From positions 1 through 40,736 of the forward strand of contig RBNJ01000118.1 of assembly GCA_003990765.1 (NCBI GenBank): a stretch of DNA of 40,736 bases, written 5' to 3'. Both the position numbers and the translations under genes were made by a program. A model generated the notes under the pieces. That model saw nothing but the letters and a program-made list of their open reading frames with translations, ran no database searches and was not told where the DNA came from. Positions 25,149 to 36,590 of the stretch are shown here, in pieces (the first letter of the stretch is position 1; every line of letters begins with the position of its first letter). The DNA is from Jimgerdemannia flammicorona. Lineage: Eukaryota.

Positions 25149-26645
25149 TGTAGGCTGGGCATATTAGTACTAACAGTGGGAAGCACCTGAAGAAGAAGCC
25201 TCAGCTTCCAAATCCATTGCCATCTTCCCAGTCATGACTACTGTACCACCTGCCTTTGAAGCAGGGCCAGCCAATAGAGGGGCAAGAGAGGGAAGGGCAA
25301 GGCTGAGTTCTGTAGCCCATGCCTTATAGAAGATCTTCACCTTGAGTCTCTTTGCAGTAGTATCACCAGCCAACTACCAGACCCAGGTATAGAAGGATTG
25401 GAGGAGCCGAGCCTTCATGGCCTCCATGGTGTTCTTGTTGTAGGGGAGTGCAGGGTCTCAGGCCATGATCACAAAGAACCCAAGTGACTTCATCTTCTTT
25501 TAGAATACTATGACTTAGTTAGAGTTAAGGAGGAATTTGATAGTTGATGCCAAGATATGTATATGATATGTTAAGAACTTTTGACAATATCACATGGACA
25601 TTGTACAAGTTCTTTTAGATCTGCTCAATCTTCAGATAGGTGAATCCATTAACATAAATATACTATAGCCAGGCACCTCTCTCAGTCAGTGATAAATGAG
25701 AGGTTGGCTTGCAGGTCATACACAAAAGAGCAGTAGTGGTGGCTGCTCTTTCTATCTCAGAGTATGTCTGGGTCCGGTCCTTAATAGAAACCTTCTTAGC
25801 AGTAATGGTATACAATTTAGGGGGGGCAGGAGTTGAAGTGGGAGATAAAGACAGACTGGCAGCACTGGGTCCCACAGGTGTAGCCTGGGGCACTGGTCCA
25901 AGGGCTTTGTTCTTGCCCTTTTTAGAGAGTGTATCAATAGTGGCTTAAGGCACTACTGTGGGAGTTGACTTCTTTGGTAGCATACTATACTGCAATGCAG
26001 CAGCTTTAGTGGCCTTCTTGTCTACTTGCTTCTGGGTCTTAGACTGCTTATTTGTGACAGAACCAGTAGGAGGGGGGGCTGAGGACTTGGGGGGGGCAGA
26101 TGTGGAAGGGGTGGCAGAGGTACTTCCCAAAGTAGTATCAGATATTGAGGGGGCAGTGGGTGCTGAGTGTGCAGCAAGCTATACCATCAGCTGAGTATTG
26201 ATCTTGGCCAGTTCAGCCACTTGAGTCAGTAGATCAGAGATCTGTTTTCTCATCATGGCTTCTCTATGGCTAGATCAGAGTTGGCAGAGGGGCCTGCATA
26301 ACTGGTAGTCTGGGTTATTCCCAAACTAGTATTTGGGTGACAATACTAGTTTCGATTGAGGGGTGAGGGCATAAGAGAGAAGGGTGGACACTGGATATCA
26401 TGGTCCAAATCAGAAGAGATCATAATCTCTTCTTCATCTTCCATATCATGCAGAGAAGATAAATATGCCAATATTGGTCATACATTCCTGTACAACCTGC
26501 ACATTGCCATAAGGCTACTCTTGACAAAACCAAGAGAAAGAAGACCAATACTATAGCACTTAGAACAGTAAAGAGAAGCACTGAAGTGCATGAAGAGGAA
26601 GGTGGCATTGCTATCATCGCTGATGATGGAGGAGGTGGCCAATAT
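25145..26645 (-). pseudogene. B3 ORF1 remnant
   Basis: N-terminal YCSKC...MCRL, acidic patch, Pro/Ala/Lys linker (TSAPPKSSAPPPT), C-terminal IYVNGFTYLKIEQI.KNLYNVHVILSKVLNISY. Start position approximate. Confidence 0.72.
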
Positions 26646-26859
26646 TGCCAAAATAAGTATAGGTGTATTTGTTTGATTTTTTTAAGAAATTGTGAAATGC
26701 TAGTTATATGACCTTTATTTATACAATAAAAAAATAATGAGGAAGGGGAGTATTTATACTGATGGGAGGCTTAGCAAATCAAAGTGACTGCTTCTTAATT
26801 TGGAATAGCTTCAGGCCATAAAGCCAAGTCTAGCCAAAAGGAGAAATCATGTGAGTGGC

Positions 26860-29800
26860 TTAGATTAGGCTTCAAGTAAGGATTTATTCATTATAGATAA
26901 GAAAAGTACATTAGAGTAATAAATAGCAAAGACTCCTAAGATAGAAAAGAGAAAAGGCAGTTAAGGCAAAGCAGTCCAGCTTGTTGCAAGATAAGGATGG
27001 CTTAGCTTAACTATAACACAAAAAGCAAAACAAGGCCAGCAAAGTAAACAACTAGCTAAGAAGAACAAAACAAAGGCCAGAGAGATGACCACCCTATGGA
27101 TGGGCTGGATAAGACTGTTTTATCACAGCTATAAAGATAATAAATACAGGAAAAAGCAAAGAAAAGTGGGGTTAAGATAAATTACACAAATGCTCAATAC
27201 TAACTATAGGAACAATATTGATAACCAAACATCAAATGACTAAAATGAGATGTATATCTCAATGTGCTTTCAACAACAAGGGAACCAATCAAGGCAAATG
27301 AGGGGAAAGAAAGAAGTAAAGAAAATATGCAATCACTTAATCACCTAAGTATCTTTGTAATCTCAGTCAGACAGAACCCAACTATGAGATATCTACCAGA
27401 ATTATATATAGCATTAATAGCATGATATACTGTCTCATAAAGAGGGTAGGCACAAAGCTCATCCTGCTATTCATTATTGGTAAACCAGTCGAGCTGTTCA
27501 GCATGATCAGAGTCACCTCAGAATGCAGAGTAAGAGCTATCAAGAAGACTGCACAGAGGAGATAGATATGATGAAACTTATCTCTACAGAGGCAGAGGTG
27601 GGGTTGGCCAAAATAGCCATAGAACTACACATGTGTAGAGTATATAAGCCAGGAGGGAAAGGAAAGGACATGGTTGGTACCCCAAGACTGCAAATGTCCT
27701 TTGGGAGTGATATACTAAATGAGTGCTTGGGAGGAAGAGGCCCAGTCCTCGAGCAGCTGATCCTGGAGAAATGATTGGAGAAAGGCATGGAGCAAGCAAG
27801 TCTTGTGAACCTGGAGATAAAGGTCTCAGTACCAGTCAAGGAAGTCAAGCCAAGAGGTCCAATATCAGAACTTATCAATAATAGAACCTAGGGGATATAT
27901 GACAAAGTGCTCACTAAGAGAGATGATGGGGTTGTTGCTAAACTTGCTACCCAATCCAGATGGGCTTGGAACATGCAGCAGAGGTCTAATGTGTGATGAA
28001 GGAAAGAGAAGAGGCTGAGAATCAAACTGCCAAGTAAGGGATGGCCAGAAAACTCAACTGCTCAAGTGACAACATTATCAAAGACCTGCTTAGGATGCTT
28101 CAACACCTAAAGCCCCATAGTAGTAGCTGGGAAGGAAGCTCATAGGAGGGAGAGGCCATACTCTAGCTGAGGTCTGATGAATGTCTATAAGATGGCCAGC
28201 TTGACTATTGGTAACCAGAGGAGATCATGGGCATGGCAGAACCCAAGAGTTCATTCTGCCTTTACAACATTCTATAATGCAAGGTCAATAAAGTGAAACC
28301 CTTTGTTGGTATACAGCACACCCAGGTATATATAGGAGGGGGGTCATAGGTATGGCTTGCCCCCAATCTGCACAGTATAGTTGACAGGGCCAATATAACC
28401 ACACTTCTTGAGATTGTGTTCCATACTATTTGCCAAGAGCCAATCTTCACAAAAGACAACTATCCTCTGCCCTTGTATGGTAGTGCAGGGAGTGAGAGCA
28501 ATATTATCAATAAAGAAGAGTCTGAGGGAAAAGTCATGCTCCTTAAACTATTCATCAAAGGAGGCAGTGAGGGGGTCAATAAAGACATCAAAGAGCCAGA
28601 GAGAGAGGAGGGAGTCTTAGAAGAGGCCATGCTCAGTGGAGACTGAAGGAGTGAAGAGGCCATTAATAATCACCTCATAGAAATAGTGGTTGAACAGGCT
28701 CTGGATAACGCTAAAGAGAGCTGTAACAGAACCTTGTACCTTAAGCCAGGAAAGAATAAGCTTGAGGGGAACTCTATTATATGCCTGCCAGAGGTCAAGA
28801 AATATATAGTGGCCTCACCCCTTAGCTCACATCTTGTGTGAGAGCAAGACATGAGAGAGGGATGAGAAGTAGGTTCAGAAGTAATCTTAGTAGTGTGATA
28901 TTTCTGTCAGACTGCTTCAGCTTTTGACATTCCCTTCCAAATACCACTTGAAGAGTCTATGAAATATTTCAGTAAGAGCAATAGGGTGAAATCCATCAAT
29001 CATCCAAGATTCCTCCTTCTTGGGAACCAGAGTAATAATGGCAGAGTTCCAGTGGTGGAGAGTGAGCCTTCAGACCATGCACATCTGGAAGAAAGATAGG
29101 GCTTTGGACAGACTACAGGGAGCATCTTTCTCACCTACTATCACACAAAGGATTCAGACATATAAGGAGTCAGCCCCACAGGCTTTCCAGAGAGGGTAGC
29201 TATGGATAGAGCTCTAGACTGCAGGTTGATCAAACCAAGACTACAGTATAAGAGCACCCATGCTGAAGAGGAAAATATCCTCAGAGTTATTGAGGTGGAG
29301 GGAGATGTTCAGTTGGCTGAAGATAGAGGCGAAGTAAGCAATCTCATCATCAAAAACCAAGACAGTAGGAGAGCAAGATTGGAGGGGGGCAGGGGGTGGA
29401 GCAGTACATATGTATACTTGAAACTACAAATGGAATTAGAGACTGATGATATACTGTGAAGAAGGTCCTGTTAAGGGAGTGGCACTGCCCTAATTTCCCT
29501 TACATCATATAAGCCAAGAATGTCCTCACAAACTAACTGTAGACCTGAGGTCAAAAGGGCATCGAGAGAATCTAAAAATTGTTGGTGATCTTCCACACAG
29601 TGAAAGCCAGCAATATGGTCTCAAACAGAGTAGATGGACCTGACAAAGGTATTATAAATGATATCTGCTGATTCTTAGAGGTGGGCTTGAACCCTTGGAT
29701 CAGTCATATATTTTGCAGAGTAATACCAGATGCCAGTCAAAGTAGTAACTAGTGAGGGGGAGAAGAAAAAGGAGACAGTAAGGAGGGAGAAGTAGTTAGT

Positions 29801-30324
29801 AGCAACAGGAGGAGTGGTGCATATAAGAGATCCATGGAGGGATACAGTGGTAAACACATGGTCAACATATGTGGATCCAGCCACCAGGGTCAGGTAGTTC
29901 AATGACCATATCATTAGAGAGGTATTGACAATATCCATCTGGTCCCCAGGATCAGAGTTGATATCACTAAGGTGGGCACTAAAGTGGGTATTGATGTTAC
30001 CAATCAAAAGGGCCTTACCCCGGAAGGGGCCAGATACAAGATCCTAGAAAACACCAATGGGAAGAGGGAGGAGATGTAAACCCCAACTAAAGCCAAGCTC
30101 TGGAATATGAGCAGGATATGGAAGGGGTCAGTAGAGGACCTGGAAATAAGTGGGGTGAAATGGTTTTACACAAGGACCATGAGACCACCATTTTCATTAC
30201 TCACAATCCTGTATGATGCTAGGGAAGAGGACATGTGAACAAGCAGAGAGGGATATATTAGAATGTTCCATGTTTCATATACAAAAAGAATGTCAAGGGC
30301 AGGATCAATCAACTGACTGAGTAC
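26860..30324 (-). mobile_element. Family B LINE copy B4, 5'-truncated near the start of APE
   Basis: TTAGATTAGGCTTCAAG at 26860. Collinear with B1 ORF2 up to LSQLIDPALDILFVYETW. Followed immediately by AGGGTTAGGG. Confidence 0.92.
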
Positions 30325-30334
30325 AGGGTTAGGG
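30325..30334 (+). repeat. Telomere-type repeat AGGGTTAGGG at the 5' truncation point of B4
   Basis: Read directly: CTGACTGAGTAC|AGGGTTAGGG|TGAAGG. Confidence 0.75.
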
Positions 30335-30476
30335 TGAAGGTTATGGAGTTTAAGCAAAGTTTTGTGCAAGAAATCGACAGAGTTGAGTAATAGCCATCTT
30401 TCTCTGGTAACATTCAGGTTACACAATCTTTTGGCAACACTTTCGACACAGTTTCTGGAGACAAGCTTCTAGTATC

Positions 30477-32518
30477 ATGGCGATCAACGAGCATCCTGAG
30501 GTGCATACTGAGCAGGGTGGCCCTGGAAAATTCAAATGGCAGTAAGTGGGGAGAGGCCCTGGCTTGGGGAGAAGCATGAGGGGCCTGCTGGTGGGAGGAC
30601 GTGGTGGAGGAGGGGGCAGGGCTGGAGGTCAAGGGGCTGCAGGCAGCAATGGGGGAAGATCTGGGTTCCTGAGCTTCGTGGACAAGGTCAAGGGGAGTGG
30701 GTGGCTGGCTGGTAATAGGGCTGGTACTACTGAGGGAAAGGGCAAGGTGAGCCTAGGGAGGGGGGGTGATGCAGCAGCTGGGAGTACAGGAGTTAGGGCT
30801 GGAGGAGCAGTGGCTGGAGGTGTAACTGTTGATGGGAGTGTGACGGGGAATCATGAGAAAAAAAGAGATGTGACAGCTGATGGCCAGGAGGGACAGGGGT
30901 TCCCAATGTGGAAGGGGGACCTGGTGGATGGGGTAACAGAGCTGGCAGTGACCCCATTGCTCAAGAAATCTATCTTGGAGTTCACTGTGACCTTGTGCTT
31001 CCGGGGCTTGGTGGTGATAGCGAGGATGGTTCTGGGGCTTATTTTGAAGCAGGTGGCTGGGGCAGCCTCAGTGAAGTTCTTGAAGGGTCTGGAGGGGGTC
31101 AAGGTGGGCTTTGAGGAGACAGGCCCCCTAGATGAGGTGGTGAAGACTGGAGTCATGGTTGGGGAGGTGGTGGTCCCCATGGTGAGGTGCTTGTGATGGG
31201 ACCCCAGAGTGATGCAACTTCTAGTGAAGGGGGTGCCCACGGTGACTAAAGAGGAGACATGGAAGAGAGTGGAGGAGGTGATGATTGAGTATGGTGATAT
31301 GGTGGACATTGGCTTTCAGGTGTGAGAGGGGATGACAATCAGGATGGGTGATGTTGATGTCAGAATTAGGCTGGCAGGCAAGGAGGCCACGGGGAAGGCA
31401 AGTGACTGGCCTTCTGTGCTGATGTGGGGGACATTCATCTGTAAGGTGTCGAGGGTGAAGAAGAATGAGAAGGAGGAGGAAGATTTGTTGGAGGCGCTGG
31501 AGGAGATGAGTAGAGCTGTGGAGAGGAGGGCAAGGGCTTGGAAGAGATATGAGAAGTTGACGCATCTGGAGGTTGTGGAGGGGGAAGCATATCCACATGG
31601 ACAAGGGGCAGTGGGAGCAGGTGCAGGGGCACAGAAGGCAGAAGGAGCTACTGGTGAGTATGTCAGTAGAGGCAGAGAAGAAGGTAGTTGGGGCTGAGGT
31701 GTCTGGGGGTGCTGAAGCTAGTGTCTGGGCTAGTAAAGGGGTAGAGGAGGTGGAGGTGGGCAAGGAAGGAGATGGCAAGATGCTGAGCAAGGACCCTTTT
31801 GCAGATGGCACCTTTAAGGTCTGGGAGCTGGAATTGGATTCCACCCCCCCTCTGATCAGGAGGGGCCTGGCTGTGAAGAGAAGAGCAATAGAGGATGTGC
31901 TAATGCAGGGGGCCCAGCAAGTGCATTTTGGAGTCTCTGATGTAGCAAAGGGGGGCCATGTGGTGGCAGCTAGTGAGGATGAGCTGGTGGATGTCCCTGA
32001 AGAGGAGTGGGATGAGGCTGCCAGTGTGGGTGCTGACACCACAATGTTGGAGGTGGGCCAGCCTGGAACTCCAGGAGGGAAGGAGGTAGGGAACTTGCTG
32101 TGGATGAGCAAGGTGATAGACAACCTGGCAGTGGATCCATTGAGTGAAGTGGACTTGCGGGTTATGCCTGAGGAGCATTGGGAGTGGATTCTGCATAGTG
32201 ATGGAGTGGTGGAGGTGCTGAGGGGGGAGATTCTTGCAATCCTCATAAAGGAAGAGGGGTATGAGGTCGATGAGGTGAGGAAGGCAGAGCTGGTGGTGGT
32301 TGTGGGCGAGCAGGCAACCTACTGTTGGGCTGAGCATCATGGTTTGCAGTTCTGGAGGGAGGCCTGTCTTGAGTACTGAGAGGATTTTGAGGAGAAAGAG
32401 GATGAGGTGATGGTTGAACTTCTGGGAGGGTTGGAGGCAAGGGAAGCTGGGGAAAAGGAACTAGCTACTGAACGTGAATTGGACTTGGTGCAGGAGGAGC
32501 GGAATGTGGACTTGTAGA
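30477..32518 (+). pseudogene. A4 ORF1 remnant
   Basis: ATG at 30477 is in frame with the 30546-31196 ORF. Gly-rich N-terminus, SFVDKV motif, acidic C-terminal half, a few stops and a frameshift near 31573. Confidence 0.85.
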
Positions 32519-32548
32519 GGATGGGATTGTTTTCTGATATTATTCCTT

Positions 32549-35500
32549 ATGAACAGTACAACTAACATTTTCTCTCTGAATGTGAATAGATTGAGGGGCT
32601 CTGGACATCAGAAGAATATTTTTACTTGGCTCAAGGGATTGGAGGCTGATCTCTTTTTACTACAGGATGTTCAGTGTGATGATGAGAATGATCAGGTAGA
32701 ATGGACTAGGGAATGGGGTGGGGCTACCACTTGGTTTAGAAAGGTGGTGATTCTGGTAAAGAAGGGTAGAGGAGATTTGGAGGGAATCAAGAGCTGGAGA
32801 AATCGCTTGGTCTGGGGTGAATGGTACTGGCCAGGGTGGGAATCAGTGAGGGTGGGCTCTTGTTACTGCCTGGCAGCTAGGGGAGAGAGGATTGCATGGA
32901 TTAAGGAGCTCCTAGAGGAGGGCATTCTCTTGGAGGAAGGGGTCAATGTTCTTGGTGGTGATTTTAACATGGTTCGAGATTTGTGGCTAGATAGGACTGA
33001 TGGAGAGAGGAATGCAGGTGAGAGGAGTTGTGGTCTGGATGCATGGGAGGAGGTGAAAAACCTTAGCTCTTTGGGGGATATGGGCTGAACATGGTGGGGT
33101 GACTCCAGGGTCTATATGCACTGGGTGAATGGCTTAGGGACAAGGATTGACTGGATTCTGACAGCTGAATGTTGGGGTGCTGATGTTTGAAAGACTTTGG
33201 AGGTGGTGTGGTGCCCGTGGTCTGATCACTGGGGACTGTTTGGGCAGGGGCAGTTTGGGGGGAGTGGAGATGGACCAGAACATTGGTGTCTTAACTCCTC
33301 CCTGCTGGCTGAGAAGGAGTTGTGGGATTCATGGGCAGAGGATATCCAGGCAAAGATTCTACTTTGGAAGCGAGAGGGTCTGTCTGTGGGTGTCCATTGG
33401 ATGAGATTGAAGGAAGCTGCGAGGGTCTATTGGGATAGAGCTGGTAGAGAGGCAGGGAGATGGAGGAGGAGGCGAATACAGTGTGCTTCCAATAAGCTAA
33501 GGAGACTGCAGTTGGAGTGGGCGGATTTGCTCACATCTGATGAGGTGGAGGATTGGCAGTTAGAGAGGGTGAAATTGGAATTTGTCGAACTGCAACAGGT
33601 GTTGAGAGAGGAGAAAGAGACTCATATGCGAGGAATGGCAGCCAGGCTATGATGGCAGGGGCTTGAGGAGGGGGAGTGGCCTACTAGATACTTGTCTAGG
33701 CTCCTCAATGCCAGGCAGGTGAGACATTGGTGAGATGGGATCTTGGATGCTGAGGGAGAGTTGGTGCATGGTATGCAGCAGATCCTGAGAGTATTGAAGG
33801 AGAATTGGTGGGGTCTGTGGAGTGAGGAAGAAGGGGGTACTGATGCAGAGGTGATTGGTGACACACTGGAGGAGTGGGAGCTGTTGCAGTTAGAGGGGTT
33901 GGGTGACTTAATCTTACCAGTCCAGGAGGAGGAGATCCAAGGGGTCCTGGCAGCGACTAAGCTTGGGACAGCACCAGGGGAGGATGGGTTACCATGGGAC
34001 TTCTGGAAGAAGATGGTGAATGTCCCTGGGATGCTAGGAGAGATGGCGGCCCTCTGTGACTATGTTCTGCTAAATGGCATGTGGGTTGGAGAGCAGGACT
34101 TAGGGCTGGTAGCCCTATTGTACAAAGAAAAGGGCCAGCATGAGGATTGGAAGAATTGGAGGCTGATCATACTTCTGGATATGGATCGGAAGTTGGTAAC
34201 TAAGGTGATTGTTGCAAGGCTACAGAAGGTTGCTTAACAGGTGCTAGGTGAGGAACAGTGGGGCTTTGTAGGTGGTAGACTTATCAGAGATGGAACTGCC
34301 TGGGTGCATGGCATCATTGAAGGAGCCTGGGCTTGCAGACTGGATGGTAGACTGGTCTTTTTGGACCAGGAGAAGGCCTACGACTGTGTTCACCAGGTTT
34401 GGCTGGGCAAGGTACTGGACAGAATTGGTGTTCCGCCACAGTTTCAGGCCTCTATGTTGAGTTGGTTGGAAGGGAGTAGAGCAGCGCTGATGTGTAATGG
34501 TCACAGGGATTTGGCATTCCCCTTGGAGAGAGGCATCCCTCAGGGGGACCCACTGTCCCCTATTCTTTATGTACTCTCCTTGGAACCTTTGATAGATAGG
34601 ATCTATAAGAGGGTGACTGGGCTTTCTGTGTATGGCATAGAGTGGAAGGTGGGGGCCTTTGCAGATGATATAGTAGTTGGACTTGGATCAGTAGCGGATG
34701 TAGAGGCTCTTTGGGGAATAGTGGAGTGGTATGAGGAACACTCTGGAGTGAAGCTCAACTGGCATAAGTGTGAGACAATGGTGGTGGAGAATAGGCTAGT
34801 GGGAGGGGATGTCATTGGAACAATTATCCCTACAAGAGAAGTAGTGTGGTATCTTGGTATATTCCTCTCTATATATGTATCAGTCCTACCACGGATATGG
34901 TGAGAGAGGAGGGTGAACATTTGGGGGGAGGCTCTAAAAGGTTGGGGGGGTCGTCACATTTCCCTGGCAGGGCAGGTGGTGATTCTGAATGTATACTGGT
35001 TCCCCAAGCTATGGTATGTGGCATATCACTTAGACTTTCCTACTTGAGTGGTGAAGAGGCTGATGAAACTGGCTAGGGATTGGATTTGGGCAGGTAGAAG
35101 GGCCCAGATCAGTTGGGATACTCTTGTTGAGCCAGTGCTTAGGGGAGGCCTGGGTCTTGTTGATTTCCCTAAGTGCCTACACTACCTGTGTGCTTGGTGA
35201 TTGAGAAGGGCTGTTGAGCTACAGGGTGGAGGTTGGGTACCATTGATGAAGAAGGTGTGGGAGATGAGAGTCTCCCCCTGGGGGTCCTTAGGGGATCTAC
35301 TCTCTTTGGTAGGTCTGAATGGAAGCTGATGGCTACAGTATAAGGGCTTCTGGTGGAGAGTGGTCGATGGGATGCACCAGATAGACTTGCGCTGGCATGG
35401 CAATGAGGGGGAGGTGGTATAGGGTCCAGCTATGTAGAGATGGGACTGTCTGCTTCTAGGGGGAGTTCCACTCACTGAGTTTGACATTGGAGATGGTGTG

Positions 35501-36240
35501 AAGTGTCAGTGGTGAATTGGCCAGGATCTCTGGCTGAGTAGTTGGCAGGTGGTGAGGATTGGTGAGGAGTGAGACTGGGCAGAGATCTGGTCTTGGAGCA
35601 CAGAGGTGTGGCAGTGGCTTCCTCCCAAGTTCTGGGTAGTGTGGTGGCAAATATTGCAGAGAAATGTTATGTTGAACTTCTGTGCTGAACATTTGGTAGA
35701 GGGTGGTCAGTTGGATTGTGAGGAGTATTATAATGTTGGACAAGTTGGGGGAGTTGTACAAATGCCGGAACATTGGCTGGGGGAGTGTGAGGTGTTGGGG
35801 GACTTTTGGATAGCTGTAGGGGACTGGCTAGGAGTTGAAAGGAGACCAGATAGAGAGAGAGGTCGCTGGGAAGATCTGGAAACTAGACTTGTAGGAGGTG
35901 TCAGCAATAGGTGGCTTACTGTAGAGTGGGTTGTGGCAGTGTGGGTGGGGTTGGCCAGACATTGGCTCTTTGTTTTTGAGGAGGGGTGGTAGATAGGGAT
36001 ATGGGAGAAGTTGTTGAGATGGGAGGAGTTGGTGGCAGATCTGCTGATGGAGTGGTGGGTTGGATGGAGACCACAAGGTGGGCAACATCACTGACTTGTG
36101 GAAGGGATCTGTGAACAGAGTAGTGGGTGGGTGGAAATGGTGTTGGATAAAGTGGTCTTTTATTGAGAAGGGGTAGGGGGGAGGTGGGGAAGGGGTCCCT
36201 AGGGGGATTGGGTAGAGGTGGGGCACTGTGTATTATATAG
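32549..36240 (+). pseudogene. A4 ORF2 (APE + RT + zinc knuckle) remnant
   Basis: MNSTTNIFSLNVNRL, LLQDV, GGDFN, RIDWIL, SDH, APGEDG, NWRLIILLDMDRKL, FLDQEKAYD, PQGDPLSP, FADD (34658-34669), LGI. End position approximate. Confidence 0.94.
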
Positions 36241-36590
36241 AAGCTAGACAGGCATATTGGTTTAATAAAGGGTGGAGTCCAAGTGACTATAAAAAAAAAA
36301 GAGTTGAGTAATAGCCATATTAGATCATAGAAATCTTTCAAACATCTCTCATTAGACTTACTATTGCTTAAATATTTTTCAATTGTCTATTTCAGACTTA
36401 GCAATTGATTACTGTTGGATACAATGTAATATGAAATTAATCATGAATGAGAGTGAATTACTTCTCAGGTTTCACAATCAGATAGCTTTGATCTACTGAT
36501 CAAATTGTATTAAAATAAAATTTTAATTAAGTTGTAATTATATTACTAAGTGATTTTTCTTTATGATTAGGGTCAGGTGCATCCTACTGA

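Larger units (their letters stand above)
22587..26860 (-). mobile_element. Family B LINE copy B3, both termini present, ~850-bp internal deletion in ORF2
   Basis: Perfect AGGGTTAGGGTTAGG at 22587-22601. APE VGFLNIHGL...LDALFICE and GVYVPPS; RT PVPKK...PIAL...FRRLFEK...QGGF. At ~23290 the sequence jumps from the B1-8390 equivalent to the B1-9243 equivalent. Confidence 0.92.
30398..36299 (+). mobile_element. Family A LINE copy A4, full length (~5.9 kb), among the least decayed
   Basis: 19-bp TSD AGAGTTGAGTAATAGCCAT at 30379-30397 and 36300-36318. AATAAA 36264-36269 and poly(A) from 36291. Confidence 0.96.

Noticed and set aside
22587-26860. Family B as a Penelope-like (Athena/Coprina) element, telomerase gene or RLE-type element
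   Set aside because: It has N-terminal APE motifs (FLNIHGL, ETW, GVYVPP, DH) and a LINE-type RT. No GIY-YIG, pseudo-LTR or RLE motif was seen.
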